DNA of 64,000 bases from Octopus bimaculoides (GCF_001194135.2 NC_068981.1:16455304-16519303), one strand, 5' to 3'. Positions 26,973-41,433 are shown, numbered from the stretch's first letter. Program-made: numbers and translations. The notes: generated by a model from the sequence alone, not told the origin.

Positions 26973-28760
26973 AGTGCATAAAATATATGTTTCTGTATTA
27001 CTAAAAGGACGAGAGTTAAATTGCTTCCCGCCTTCAAGTAAATTTGCAGAGTTAACTGGCTTCTCATCTACACAGTAGTTTTACAGGGAATTCCTTGTAA
27101 TTTTACCCAGTGTCTGTGTCACTTAGTTGGATAGATGTACGTAGAACAAAACCGACTCGAAGGAACAATATTTAAACCCTGTAATCATAAATCACGAATC
27201 AAGTTTAACTGGTTTATTCCTTAATTACAGAGACATTTCGTTCCTCAAATTCAAAGCTGAATGTAAGGAAATCTTGTATTCATCGTGCATTTCATAAACA
27301 TATTATCACTATAAAGGATATGATAGCACTTGGATAGAGAAGAGACACTGAACGATTAAGTTACTGTATGGTCTTGGCTTAAGCAGTGCCGGTTGTAAAA
27401 TATTGCTTAGGGTCATTTTGTCCATCTTAATCATAAGCAGTAAATCTCTGATAAAGTAATTAAATGTTAATATAATTTCAATAACTCCACTATATTACCA
27501 TTATCATTATATTATATTGTTATGAATACAAATAGTATTAATTTCCAAATTTGAAACAATGCCACATACTTTGAGGCAGCGATTACGATTAGCTTCACTT
27601 CCAAGTCTTAAGTTAGCATTTATATTATCGAGAGATGAAGGATAAAATGAATGGCGACTCTCACACGATTTCAACTCAGTGTTGTAAAATAACTGAGACT
27701 TACTTTCCTTTGCCACATTCCTACGCTATGGTTTGTAAATAATGCTGACTGTGTCTGATACGAGATCTCCTTACAATTGTGCCTGTACTTTGTGTAAAAT
27801 CTCTCTCAACACTTGTGGGAAAATATTTGTAATCAAAATGGTCAGGTGTATTTTATGCTGTCTGTTTTACATTCAGTTAATTCTAATATTTTCTCAAATA
27901 TTAATTGAATCCCACAGATCTTCGGTATGTCAATGACTTAGATGTTGGAATTGCATTATTTGCTCACAACATTTACAGCATTCGAGAGCCAGCGATGGAG
28001 ATTCCATGTGAACGCTCAACTGTTTTATATATATCAGCCATTCACGTTCAACTAACAGCCTCCTGTTTTAAAAACAGAAGTTTACGTTGAATAATGTGAC
28101 TGTGGATGTACATTTCCGATAAAAAAAGAAGGTATGTTCATTGGTTTCGAAGCTTTTCCTCAATGAACAGCGGCAGCAACAATTCACTCCTACACTCATA
28201 TGGTCATCCATAAAATAAATCTTATTTACGACGTTTTGGAGTTGATATTTCCAAGTGCAGATACAAGCTCATTCGAGATACGCACAGATATAATATTGTG
28301 AGAACTGCATTCTTTTCTAGATCAGGAAATACGCTAATTTTCATTAACTTTCGAACATCTCAGAAGCAAAAGCACAACACATTTTAAAGGGCGGCTCACA
28401 TTACGGGGTTAGTAAGACATTGCGGGTGTTAAAACAAACACGATCATACTAGATCATACAGATAAACAAAATGCCATCTATTTGGCTAAGATTTACTCTC
28501 TAATACAATAAAACCCCATAATCACATGTATGCTGCCCCTCACTCTTTCTCTTTCTCTCTCTCTCTTTTTCTTTCTCTCTTTCACTCCCTCCCCCTACTT
28601 TCTCTCTCCGACAGCTAATACTTATCGTTGCCAAAGTTTTTCATGAAGCGTCCAACTCCAGCTGCATTTTGGATGCACTTCCACTCATTTATATGCAAAG
28701 CGTACGCCTCTTGCACACACAAGTATGCATACACACATATATACACACACAAACACACAC

Positions 28761-28816
<56 letters not shown>

Positions 28817-29438
28817 ACACATATCTGCATTCGTATATACCCACCTACATAACTACCTGCCTACCTACCTATGTACATACATTCATACATACATACATAT
28901 ATACATTCATACGTATCGACGCGTGATTTGCGCATCATATAATTTAATTTCACAAAAGTCTATTATAATACTGCCATTTCAGTTATAACATCAAGTGTAT
29001 AGCTATATAGCCTTCTATAGAAATTACGTCTCCTGCAGATTTCACATTAAATTCTCTCTGCAGTTGTTATCTGTCAGTATTTTTGTTGTTGTTGTTTCTG
29101 TTCTTATTTGAATTCATGCTTACCAAATGCTATTGCAGAAGCTGATTCAGGGAGATGTGCTAAAGACATATGAAATGGTTTTCTTTTTCGTATATGAGAG
29201 GTGTGATTTTCGAATGACAATACCAATAAAATTGTGTATAATGGTAAACCAAGAATGGAAATACTACAGTCTATAATTATTTCCTGCTTCTACTAAAATG
29301 GATTAAAACGTTATTATTTATAGAAAGCATTCGGTATATGTATATAGATGAGCATAGATGCGTATGATTATATATGTATACAACACATACTTATATAAGT
29401 AGTTATATAATATATAGGCAGAGAGATAAATGGACGGT

Positions 29439-29489
<51 letters not shown>

Positions 29490-29494
29490 GTAGG

Positions 29495-29532
<38 letters not shown>

Positions 29533-29575
29533 TACATATATACATATATATATATAGCATGTAATCATCAAAAGA

Positions 29576-29611
<36 letters not shown>

Positions 29612-30471
29612 GTATATGTAATATATATATATATATATATACGTATATGTATATATAAGTGTGCATATATATGTGTGAGTGTGTGAGTGTGTGTGTCTGT
29701 GTCTGTGTATGTATGCATGTATGTATGTATGTATGTATGTATGTAGGTAGGTAGGTAGGTAGGTAGGTAGGTAGTTTGGTAAGTAGGTAACACGTAAGTG
29801 TCAAAATTTGAATTTACTTTTTAAGACTTCTTTGAATGTCTGTGTCAGAGTTTTGCAGTTGTGAAAGTGCAGAATATTAAATACCTAATTTCGAATAGTC
29901 AACGGTATTTCTAGTCTCCTTTGACCTTATCAACGCCATATTATGTGCTGCTGTGAGAAAATTGCCAGTGACGTTTACAATTAACAATGAACTTTACAGA
30001 TTTTCATTTTATTCCCTTTCTTACTTATGACTGAATGAATCTGGATTCAACCATTGCTTGACTTGACAAGATAACAGACTTGCATTGAATGAACCACACA
30101 TGGACAGATAAGTTACTTTGTAAATGATTTTCATATTCAGTTACAATGAGATTTTTCATACTTAAAACTAACTCGAATATTTATACATAAAGACTTAGGC
30201 TAATGGTCAGTACTTCAGAATCCCAGTTCACCGGACGAACTACAAGTCATTCAATGAATCAATCTTTCATTCACCTGAGTTCTAAACACACAGCATTCCA
30301 ATAAGCTCGTGACTTAATCTCCCAGTCGCTCCAGTACCCGCCACACAGCATTCATATGAACTTGTGATGACAACGTTAGTGGTGGAAAATTTATATGTCA
30401 AGTTATGACGTAAAACGGTAAAACCGCCTCATTTAAAAGCATGCAAAAAGTACCCATCTATGCATCTATGC

Positions 30472-30521
<50 letters not shown>

Positions 30522-30534
30522 ATGTATGTATATG

Positions 30535-30650
30535 TATGAGGTTTGATCAATAAGTATTTGGACTGTTGCCATAGTACCGAAGCTAAAGCACTCAGAGTGA
30601 AGACGGTTGGCAAAGACTGACCTTAAACTCTGCGATGCATGCACACTAAC
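30535..30650 (+). mobile_element. Solo TIR/5' end of the same mariner family as 7265-7991
   Basis: TATGAGGTTTGATCAATAAGTATTTGGACTGTTGCCATAG... aligns with the reverse complement of about 7875-7991. Confidence 0.8.
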
Positions 30651-31861
30651 TATCAGTTAGATTCAGATTATGGTCATTAATTCAAAACAAAACAATCTTC
30701 TCGTAAAACAATACACATTTCAGTAGAATTACTTTAAAGTAAACATTCTCTGATCATTTTTATGGGGTATTCAGCGTTTCGAAGTCACACAATTTTTATG
30801 CAAACTTTTGGTTTGTAATTTCATAATTTTGAGTTCCAATTTCAACCCCTATGCTTCTTGGATTTGTTCATATGTATAAAAAATGGATATTAATCTGTCT
30901 TTCATTTTGAAGATATTGGCTGACTGAATTCCTTAACTGCAGTTCATTTCAATTTACTGCTATGCAAATTCTATGTCTTTAGTTTGGCTATGACGTTCAA
31001 TTTTATTGTGGTATTGTTTTCCCTCCGATTTTCTTCTTTTTCCTTTTTCTTCTTTTTTCTTCATTGTTGAAATATATTTTAACAATTGTTCAGTTTTCCT
31101 GTATATAAACGAGTAGAAATGGCGCGGATATGGAGCCGAGTCTTAAAGTGTTTCCAGTTACGCTGATGTTCGTCTACTGACTTTTAGGTTGTATCTGTAC
31201 ACTCACGCTATCTTTAGTTAATCTGTTAAGGGTACAGATTGTTATTTTTCTACAGTTATATTCATGCTATGATGGTTGTATAGTTTCTACCATTTTAATT
31301 CTTATTAGATATCTGTGATCTTATTTCATGCAAACAATTGTAACTGACTCGAACAAAACTTTTATTAAAAGTATTATGGAATCTATGTGAAGTAGTGGTG
31401 CTTTCTGCATTGATTAAACTATATCATTTATCTATTTCAGTGACTGCCATTTCGTGGTGCGGAATGGTCTATTCTTGACATTCAGACATTGAAAATGCTT
31501 CTTATATTAAAGCGTAGATTTACAGAATATGTCTTTATCTGATAACAAATAACATATGTATCAACTTATGTAATGGGATTTATAATTGTCAAAGGGTACT
31601 TCCTTGTTCATGTATATGGTTTCAGCGCAGGATTTTGCCTTAGGGCTGGTGTTTGATTGTGCAAGAACAATTTTTTTCCGTGTAGTTATATTTCTCTATT
31701 TGAATTCACATTCACACATTCACACATTCGAGTGCACACGCACCTACACACAAAATACACACATGCACACGCATATGCACACACAGACACGCCTGCGCAC
31801 ATGCACACACACGCGCTTTCTCTCTATCCACATATGCACACACGCATGTATAAATGTATGA

Positions 31862-31915
<54 letters not shown>

Positions 31916-32504
31916 GTGCGTGTGTTTATGAAGCGAGTAAGAGTACATGTGTGTATGTATAGAGAATAAGAGACGAATACGCTTTATGATGATCTAATGA
32001 TTCATTTTAATATAAATGTCATATCCATCAGGACTATAGAACGAGAATATTAATATGATAAATTGTGAGGAATAATCCCTGACGCAGAATATGTACATGT
32101 GCGAACTGAATATTAAATCATTATGTATAGCATAATTACTGGTCTGTAGAGATCATTGATACACTGTTTAATTAAGAAAGCAACAAAATGGCTTCCGTAT
32201 CTAATTGAACATTTCATTATAATTGATATAAAGAAACAATCACTCGTGCAAAAACGTTGATTGTCTACCGGTATTGGACACTCGTGCATCTATCATACCT
32301 TTTTAATTAATCCCCAGTTTCAAATTGATCACCTTAATTAAAAGAATTCATTAACGATACTGATTCCCAATGTTCTCTCATTGTCTATGGCTCTTCTTTT
32401 CAATTTCTCTTCCTTTCATTACAAGTCTCTACAACTAACTTCTCTTTCTTGCGCCCCTCCCTTCACATATATATATTTGAATATATATATATATATATAT
32501 ATAT

Positions 32505-32547
<43 letters not shown>

Positions 32548-33916
32548 CACACACATCTATAAAATTTACATATATGTACGTTTATATATATATATACATA
32601 TATATTGACTTAGCTGATTGAATTAATATACACGTAGGTATGTTGTTATACGTATATCTATCTATATCATTATATATATATGTGTGTGTTTGTGTGTGTA
32701 TGCGTGCATGTATGTATATTATGGATATACATGTATGTATATATAATATATATATATACGCACACACGCACACACACATATATGAATGCATATATATGTG
32801 TGCGTGTTCGTGTTTGCGTGAGTATGTACGTATGTACGTATGTATGTATGTATGTATGTATGTATGTATGTAGGTAGGTAGGTAGGTTGGTAGGTAGGTA
32901 GGTAGGTAGGTAGGTAGGTAGGTAGGTAGGTAGGTAGGTAGGTAGGTAGATTGATAAGTGTATATGCTTGTAAAGAAAGGAACATCTTCAATGTTTAAAA
33001 TAGAACTGGTATGTCTAATTAGAAGCTGAGGATTCTAGACTCGTCAGTTGAAGTTTCACATTACCAATTATAAAAACGACTTCAAATCTCAGATTAACTA
33101 TTTATGTAACTTCAGTTCTAATGCTGTGTACGTGTTTGTCTTCGTTTGCCTAATATACATGTCATATGTAATGGGTTTGTATAGCCGTTCCACTTTTAGT
33201 TTGCACTGTTATACGTAGAAATGAGGAAATAAATGCGTGAATGTAATGCACTGAATGTTATAAACAGGAAGAAATGGTTGCTTGGTTCACAATTCTGTTT
33301 CACAGTTCTGAGATACTGGATTTGATTCTACAGCATAATATCATGTCACGTTCTTTTTTTTTTTTTGTATTTTTTCTCTCAAAAAACTTTAGTCCTGTCA
33401 TCTAGATCAGTACTTTAAAAAAAACAATAAGACAGCTTTATCGCTTAGCGTTACACTGATTCCATCTCAGAATTGCTAATGGTACATATGCTTGTGTGGA
33501 ATACTCACCCAGTTAAGCGGTAGAAAGTAGGTAAGTAATTCCATCGATCGAATAATTGAAACACTTATCGTGGAAACCGACGAAGTTTCATATATATTTA
33601 TACTTCAATGCATGCAACGCCATCAATGCATAAAATTGGTCAACTAATTCATCATTTGTTATCCGAGATATTTATCATCCTATGATAAGTCTTATTGATT
33701 ATACACATACACTTTCTCATTCTCTCTCATACATATAAGCACACAAACGAACACAAAATTGCCCAGGATATTAATGCATGAACTGAAATCCATATCCGTA
33801 CTCTCCAAGTGTTCAACAACAGATTTTGTATAGCTTAACATCTAGACTTCATCATTGTTTGTCTCTTCTTCGTATACGTCCAGAACCGTTTTCCTAGACG
33901 TGTTCTAGAACGATTT

Positions 33917-33917
33917 T

Positions 33918-33979
<62 letters not shown>

Positions 33980-34005
33980 ACTGCTGCTGTTGCTGCTATT
34001 ATCCT
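33917..34005. repeat. (CTA)n-(CTG)n compound microsatellite
   Basis: Direct reading. Confidence 0.95.
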
Positions 34006-35593
34006 GAGCAGCATCACCATTACTAGTGGTAGTGTGGCACATTTTGTTCCTGTCCTGGGTTACACAATAGTTAAACACCACAAAACTCTAGTCAATTTCA
34101 TGTTAAATTTCCATTAATAATTCAAAGAATGTCTTACGTTTAAGTTCCCATTAGCCATGCTGTTTACTAAAAAGTCGGGAATATATGAGTTAAGTGAGAC
34201 TAATAAAAGTCAGAGTTTGGTTGTGTGAGCGAGAAGTGTTTGTATCTAATCTCCGTTGCTTTAGCCTTTACAATGGAAGATTTATTGAATTGTGAAAAAC
34301 AAAGCAGACGCGTTTGATTCTATTCTTTCAGACATTATATGATTGCACAATTTAATATCGAATTGTATAGCTTAGCATTGAACTATACCAAAGTGTAATG
34401 ACCCAAGTCTTTTCTATAAGTAGCTTCAATGAGATTAGAACTGACAAAAACTGCTCAAATAAGACAATAATACCAAATGTTGGTTCTTATGATATGGCAA
34501 AAAATTGTTGTTTGTTTATCAGATTTTGTTGATTGTTTCACTTATTCAATGTTTTAAAACACTGTCACAGTATCCAAGGGACTAGGAACGGCCACCCGGA
34601 GGGACCCCACGATGATTGGAATTTAAACGATTTGTGCCAAGGTGGAAAATGAGGGCGTAGTCACGAAAGAAGTGGAAACGCATTTTGACCAGTGGTGTAT
34701 AGCGACATCTGATCGTTTAGTTGGTGCTGAATCTACTCACATATCAGTGATGTTGAACCTTATTTTCAAACGAGATAATTTGTTATTTCACTGTTCATTT
34801 GACCTCGAAAACACAGGTTACCTTAATCTTACAACCAATATGCTGCTGACAACACAAAATTATGTGAGCTCTCAATGATCACTACATGATAATGCAAACA
34901 GCAGTCTGTTTCGGCAACGGAAAGAGAAAGAAAAGATAAATTTCTTTGATGAAGTAAGTCTTTTCTCAATATTCCTCTCCTACAATTACAAACACATGTT
35001 CTTATTTAAACTATTCTTGTCTGAAACATATTTTTATCTCCTTTACTAACACTTATATCGATTGTTATCTCATTAAAGTCTGCATTATTCTCCCACAAAA
35101 CCACTTAACTCTGTGTATTTTCCTTTCATAGTTATTTACTGACTACACATTTAATCAGTACTTCACTTGATTCCCGTATCGAGTTTCCATAAATACATCA
35201 GATTTTAAACCGCACCAGCAATAAAATCATTACGTATCCTTATAGCATCAACTTTGTGGAATCTATAAATGATTTGGCTGTTTAACTCCGAAGATTAAGA
35301 TCTAGGAGAGATCTTCATCGAAGTCTTTCAAAGCAAGAATTAGTCAACTTCCTGTTTTCCTTTACATTTATTGATTTCGATTACGTAAGAGATGTTCTCT
35401 ATATGTAGATTGGTTAGATGTGTTCCCGTGACGATATGATACAAGGCCAAACTACCACTGTTCTTATACAAAATAGAACAAGATTCAAACATTCTAATAA
35501 CCTCATATTTTAAATTTCAGCCGTAACATGTTATTGTTTCAAAGTTCTTATAAAGACAAATTTCACAACTTAATTCATCATTAGAACCACCAC

Positions 35594-35594
35594 C

Positions 35595-35658
<64 letters not shown>

Positions 35659-35900
35659 GCAATACTAAGCAGTGGCTCTCATGGCTTCTGATCTTAAATG
35701 ATTGCATGTGTTATCAATTACATGATTTGCCTTCTTGTAAAAGATGGGCTACAGCAAATATTCTGCTCAATACCACGGATTTGAATGTCGGTTGTTTGAC
35801 CTTAATCAGTTGAGCATGTCCTTTATTGGCTGAAGATATGTGCATCTCTGATCACGAACAGAAGTAGTGGGGGAGTTATTTAGTCGAGAGGAATCATCAC
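35594..35900 (-). mobile_element. Probable retroposon 3' end with (ATT)n tail, unclassified
   Basis: A unique block of about 240 bp ends (minus strand) in GCCACTGCTTAGTATTGCATT followed by (ATT)n. I recall it as a cephalopod interspersed repeat, but there is no second copy in the window. Confidence 0.4.
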
Positions 35901-35928
35901 TTTGAGGGCATGCGCTGATCTCTCATTC

Positions 35929-35960
<32 letters not shown>

Positions 35961-35976
35961 TAATAATAATAATAAT

Positions 35977-36061
35977 AGCAAAAAATAGAAGAGTGCCAAA
36001 AAATAAACTTGTCAATCTACTTTATTTTGGTTAATAACAATGGCACTCTTCTAGTTTTGCT
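35977..36061. repeat. 85-bp inverted-repeat element (21-22 bp arms)
   Basis: AGCAAAAAATAGAAGAGTGCCA (35977-35998) versus TGGCACTCTTCTAGTTTTGCT (36041-36061). Confidence 0.7.
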
Positions 36062-36109
36062 TCTATATATTCTGGAGGAGTTACCTCAATCCTATAAATA
36101 TTAATAATA

Positions 36110-36170
<61 letters not shown>

Positions 36171-36171
36171 G

Positions 36172-36290
36172 TGATTCAAATTTGGGCATAAGCCAGCAAT
36201 TTTAGAGGGGAGGGGCAAATTATTAACATCAACCCAAGTGCTCAACTATTACGAAGAGATAAAAAGCATGGTTGATTTCACCGACATTCT
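36172..36290 (-). mobile_element. Degenerate SINE family B tail fragment
   Basis: AAATTTGGGCATAAGCCAGCAATTTAGAGGGGAGGGG...ACATCAACCCAAGTGC resembles the reverse complement of the 39590-39650 region. Confidence 0.5.
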
Positions 36291-36765
36291 TTGCCTTTCA
36301 ACTTTCCCAGATCGATAAAATAATATACCATTTAACATCTGGAGTTGGTATTATTGACTTATTCTGGTCCTCAGATTGCTAGCTTAACGTCTATATAAAG
36401 AAAAATTAGAAATTATAATTAGTTTGACGGGATCATCATTATCGTATTGTTATGGCTTATTCAGGAGAAGGAGGGCAAAGATCATATCGTATTCTGGGGC
36501 CCCAGAGACTGTTGGAAAGAAGAGAATATATTCTTAGACTAGAAATCTAGCTCAAAGACATGCATTCAGTCCTGCTGTTCGGTAGGTTCCAACTTGAAAC
36601 CATGCTGTGAATGTCTTATATTTAAAGATATTTCTTAGCGGTTCGGTGATATCTGACTTTGCTGCAAACCTGCGAGCCAGAAATGTATACGATGTTTAAT
36701 TAGACGTCGTGCATACAGGAAATAAGAGTTACATGATTAATGAATCAATTCAACTGCTTCTATTA

Positions 36766-37118
36766 CTGTTCTATATTTAAGAGATGAAGAATTATGTGCG
36801 TTATTCACATTATTTACACTACTTACATTCGACGGATATTTGTCCTCATATGGCGTACTGGGTAAGAGCGCGGGCTACTAACCCCAAGATTCCGAGTTCG
36901 ATTCCAAGCAGTTACCTGAACAATAATATTAATAATAATAATAATTATTATAATAATAACATCGAAAAAGTACCTTAGGAATGAGAACCCAGGTTCGAAC
37001 TTTCCCCAAGGCACCTGAAGAAGGCTGGAAGGTATATGAGCCGAAACGTTGTGTTAACAATAAACAAAATGAAGGCAAATATCCGTCAAATGTAAATAGT
37101 GTAAATAACGTAAATAAC
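36766..37118 (+). mobile_element. Family C tRNA-headed, hammerhead-bearing element preceded by an inverted copy of its own 3' tail
   Basis: Head CATATGGCGTACTGG..GAGTTCGATTCC (36847-36905), (AAT)n linker, ribozyme at 37010-37055. Segment 36766-36849 is the reverse complement of the family tail. Confidence 0.85.
37010..37055 (+). ncRNA. Minimal type I hammerhead ribozyme (variant copy)
   Basis: GGCAC-CTGAAGA-A-GGCT..AGCC-GAAACGT-T-GTGTT. Confidence 0.7.
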
Positions 37119-37839
37119 GTTGTTGTTAGTCTTTATTCTTTGTCATCTTTCAGTCACTGTGCTACAGCCGTGCTGGGCTAAAATCATCCATGTTAAAATG
37201 ATCTTATTTACCGCTTGTATCAATATAAATGTGGAAATGAAGACATGATATTATATTTTGAAGCAACAAATGAACAGAATCAGCAAGATACTTCACCAGC
37301 CAGATAGATGAATACCAGTATACACTCTTATTAAAGTACACTCAGCTATGGCTTATAGCAGAAGCTTTACTATCGTGCTGTGATATATGAAGAAATTGCT
37401 GACAAAAAATTATCGTCAGTACAGTATAAGATTGCTGTAAGCAAATTACAATAATAGTACTAAATGAAACAACGGAGAAAGAAGACGTCGTACAATCAAA
37501 TCTTTTGTCATTAGTAAATATTTATTTTGACATTTTTTTCACTTTATTTATTTATCTATTTATTTATTCATTTCTTCAGTGAGTGAGGATTCTGTCTTCG
37601 GTGTTCTTTGAGGATAATTGAAGATAGAGGGTACCATTTGATGCAAACGTATCGTTTGAGAAGGTAGTAATTGAGATAGGACAAGATTTAAAGCATTAAT
37701 CAATCTTATTAGGAAAGAAAACAAAAATAGCACAGGAAACAATCGCAGAAAACGAGTCAATTGCCGTACATTAATAAACCGATATCAATATTGAATGCAA
37801 AAATTATATGTGTATATGTGTGTGTGAATACGCACGCGC

Positions 37840-37879
<40 letters not shown>

Positions 37880-38146
37880 CGAGAGAAAGAGGGGAAAGGA
37901 GAAAGAGAGTGGTGGGGAGAAAGGAAGAGATTAGGAGGATTCCGATTTGATGATTGTAGTAATCCACAAATAAAAAAAGTATCTTAAGAAGAGAATATTG
38001 TATAATTAGATTCATATTCTTACAACATAGCCACAATGCTCAGGGGAGACATGTTTCCTCTAAGGCTCCACAAAGAAAAAATATCAAGACACTGCAACTA
38101 GAAATTATTTATCTATCTATCAATCTATCTACCTATCTGTCTCTCT

Positions 38147-38186
<40 letters not shown>

Positions 38187-38190
38187 TTAT

Positions 38191-38222
<32 letters not shown>

Positions 38223-39007
38223 GTTTCTACCTATCTATCTGTCTATCGTTTTCTCTCTTTCTCCTTAAATACTTATATGTGACAACACAGAAGAGGAGGA
38301 GAAAAAAAGCGGGATAGCAGAAAAGGAGAGAAGTTGGAAAGAAAGAAAGAGGTTGGTACATGGAATTAAAGAGAAATAATGAGGCAGGGAGGTATATATA
38401 AAAAAGAGGACGACGGTCGAAAAGAGAAATTGAAAAAAGGATAATAAAATGATGGTGAAGGCAAAATGGAGAGAAAGAGAGGAATAATTAATTAAAGTGA
38501 GGAAGGGATGTACATGGAACAAAAGAGCAATATAACGAATGATGAAAATCTAGCTAGTAATACAGTTAAGGAGCAGATAAAAGAGGGGTCGGCACAGCAC
38601 TGCCACTAGGAAAGAATTGTGAGCTAAAGAACAAAGGTTGGATTTTGATTATAATGCTAGAAACGATGACATTAGTAACAAATGTATTGCTATGGAGTTG
38701 GGGATTCTAAGAACCACCTGTTTATTGACATTATAAAGAAATTGTGGAACCCTAAATGAAGGAAGAGCCTCAGCTATCTTCGTCCCCCTCTCCTCCTCCT
38801 CCTCCTCTCGCTCTTTCTTTATCTCTCTCTCCCTCTCTCACTCTCTCCTCTTCCCACTATAGGTCTTGTGATACGCGTAATCTTTGAAAAGACTTTTAAA
38901 GGTTTTCATAATTTCCTCAGAATGGACCTTCTGAGTACAAAATAGAAACTGAATAATCTTTGTATGTTATTTTACCAGAAAACTGAATATCTTTTTGAAA
39001 ATTTATT

Positions 39008-39089
39008 GAACTCTTCCTATCATAATTATTTTAGGGAACTCTTCCCAACATAATTATTTAGTGAACTCTTCCTAACATAATTATTTAGT
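39008..39089. repeat. Minisatellite, 3 x 27-28 bp (GAACTCTTCCTAACATAATTATTTAGT)
   Basis: Units start at 39008, 39036 and 39063. Confidence 0.9.
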
Positions 39090-39441
39090 CAAATAAGAAA
39101 GATAAGACAAGAAAGAGAAGGAGATTTCGAGTAAATTACCATAAACTTACCCCTTCCTATCTTGAATGAAATATTTATACCTGCTGGGCAGCTAACATTA
39201 TCAACAGCATACCCAAATAGCCGATATGGGTGTGGACTATGTTATATGGAGATTTATGAAATATTCAAATATAGAGATAAAGACAACCTAATTAAGAATA
39301 AATTAGATCTTAGGGTGCCGTGTGTTCATAGTATTACCCGTATCTTTAAATACTTTAGAAACAGTAAATAATAAATACCACCTACTGTCTCTTCGAGGAC
39401 ATAAATTACTTATTGTGCCCTATCATTTTATCTTTACCACT

Positions 39442-39650
39442 AAGGTAGCGAGCTGGCAGAAACGTTAGCACGCCGGTCGAAATGCCTAACGGTATTTCGT
39501 TTCTTTCTGAGTTCAAACTCCGCTGAGGTCGACTTTTCCTTTTATCATTTCGAAGTCGTTAAATTAAGTACCAGTTGCGTACTGGGTCGATGTAATCGAT
39601 TGGACCCCTCCCCCAAAATTTCGGGTCTTCTGCCCAGAGTAGAAAAGAAT
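39442..39650 (+). mobile_element. SINE family B, near full length
   Basis: Head AGCGAGCTGGCAGAAACGTTAGCACGCC, B-box-like GAGTTCAAACTCC, TAAATTAAGTACCAGTT body, AGAAAAGAAT tail. Confidence 0.85.
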
Positions 39651-39689
39651 CTTTTCTTTGGTACTAGTACTATCTTTACTACTAGTGGT

Positions 39690-40440
39690 TTTTATATTTT
39701 GCATCTCACCTACGTACAAAATATATCATTCTATGACTATTATTACTTTTTTATCTTTATGTATTTTTATTGTTTACTTTACAAATATTTGTAAAAACAT
39801 TTATTCACTTTTAGCTTTATTTATATTAAAATCTGGTATATTTATTTTTATCTCCATCTCTTTATTTAAAATAAAGGTCTTGCAATTTTTTTCTGTACAT
39901 ATATACCTTTATAATTTTTTTATATATTTTTATACTATTTTTTAATATTATTTTATATCTCTTTATTTATAATGAAGATTTTATTATAATTTTTCTATAT
40001 AATTTTATATTTCTTCATATTAATTTTATAATTTTTATATTTTTCTATATTATTCTCATATTGCTATATTCTTTTATTTTTCATTTTTATAGTTTTTATA
40101 CCTTTATATATTTTATATTCTTTACAATTTTTTATATATTCTTTTATGATTTTTTTATATATCCTTTATAAATTTCTTTAAAGATTATATATATATTTAC
40201 AGTTTATACTTTATATAACTTGTACATTTTATGTTTATATCCTTATATTTTAAATACATTATATTCCTTCTTAAATTATGAGCCTAAATTCTAAATGTTT
40301 ATATCGAATACAATGCTTTATATAATTCTAAATATTTTTTTTCTTCCCATTCTTCTAAATATTTTAAATATAATTAATTTGTCACCTATATATCTAATTT
40401 CTAAATTTATTTTAATATTATAACATTATAACTATGCTAA
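39690..40440. repeat. Very AT-rich, T-skewed low-complexity tract (TTTTATA-like units)
   Basis: Direct reading. Confidence 0.8.
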
Positions 40441-41356
40441 AGTGTAATAGTCCCTGCCAACTTTTTTTTCCTATAGTGATTTGATTACCACCCGTATTTC
40501 ATTTTATTTTAGTATTTCATTTAGTATTTTATTCCATTATTTCTCAAGGTCTTTCATACGGTAATGAATATAAGTAAAATTCAGCTTTCTCTATCTTGCT
40601 TGTCACTATCAAATCCTTCCCATCGCTCACTCTGTTACTACTACTTTTTATAACTGAAAAAAGTAGTACTATTTTTTATAACTGACATTTTTATGTATAT
40701 TTAACTATATTGGTTAAGCTTGTTGGCCACTTTATTATTATTATTTTTTATAATAATGACATCTTATATNNNNNNNNNNNNNNNNNNNNNNNNNNNNNNN
40801 NNNNNNNNNNNNNNNNNNNNNNATATATATATATATAATAGATAATAAAGGGAACCTGGTAGGTTACTGGTAAAGTATGGTAACTTTCACAGTGATCGTT
40901 ATGTATATGTTCGTTTCGCTTTTTGCCATCTGCGACTATATTTTTTGATTTTCTTTATAAATGAAGATATTTCCTCCGTCTGGCTTGCTTTTCTTTCTAC
41001 AAAACGGGAAGTTACTTTGCGGAGCAGTTATTTTAAGGAGTTATATATATTTATCACCCGACGAGATACATCTGGACCGCTGGATGTACTTGAACCAGTT
41101 TTTGAGTGTCCCACCCATGAGGAATCGATGCTAGATATGTCAAAACAATTTTCGTGATTAATAAAAAATTGTCGTATCTTCCATCCTCCGTGTTTAATTT
41201 TCATATATATATATACATATATATTTGTGTGTGTATATATGTATATATAATATTAGGGATAAAAATCCAAATTTACAGGTAAAAACTCAATTAAATTCAA
41301 TTTATCAAAAATTAAAATTAAATTAAGTTTCACAGTATATATTATTATTATTATTA

Positions 41357-41433
<77 letters not shown>

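Noticed and set aside
27900-27990. RT 'YADD'-like peptide (DLRYVNDLDVGIALFAHN)
   Set aside because: Too short and degenerate to support without a search.
34860-34960. Exon ending at GAA|GTAAGT (34954)
   Set aside because: Short open frame, weak acceptor, no homology.
36847-36915. Functional tRNA gene (also 45640-45707 and 63432-63495)
   Set aside because: No proper acceptor stem and an irregular D-arm; these are SINE heads.
39008-39089. CRISPR-like array
   Set aside because: Units are directly adjacent with no spacers, and the context is eukaryotic.
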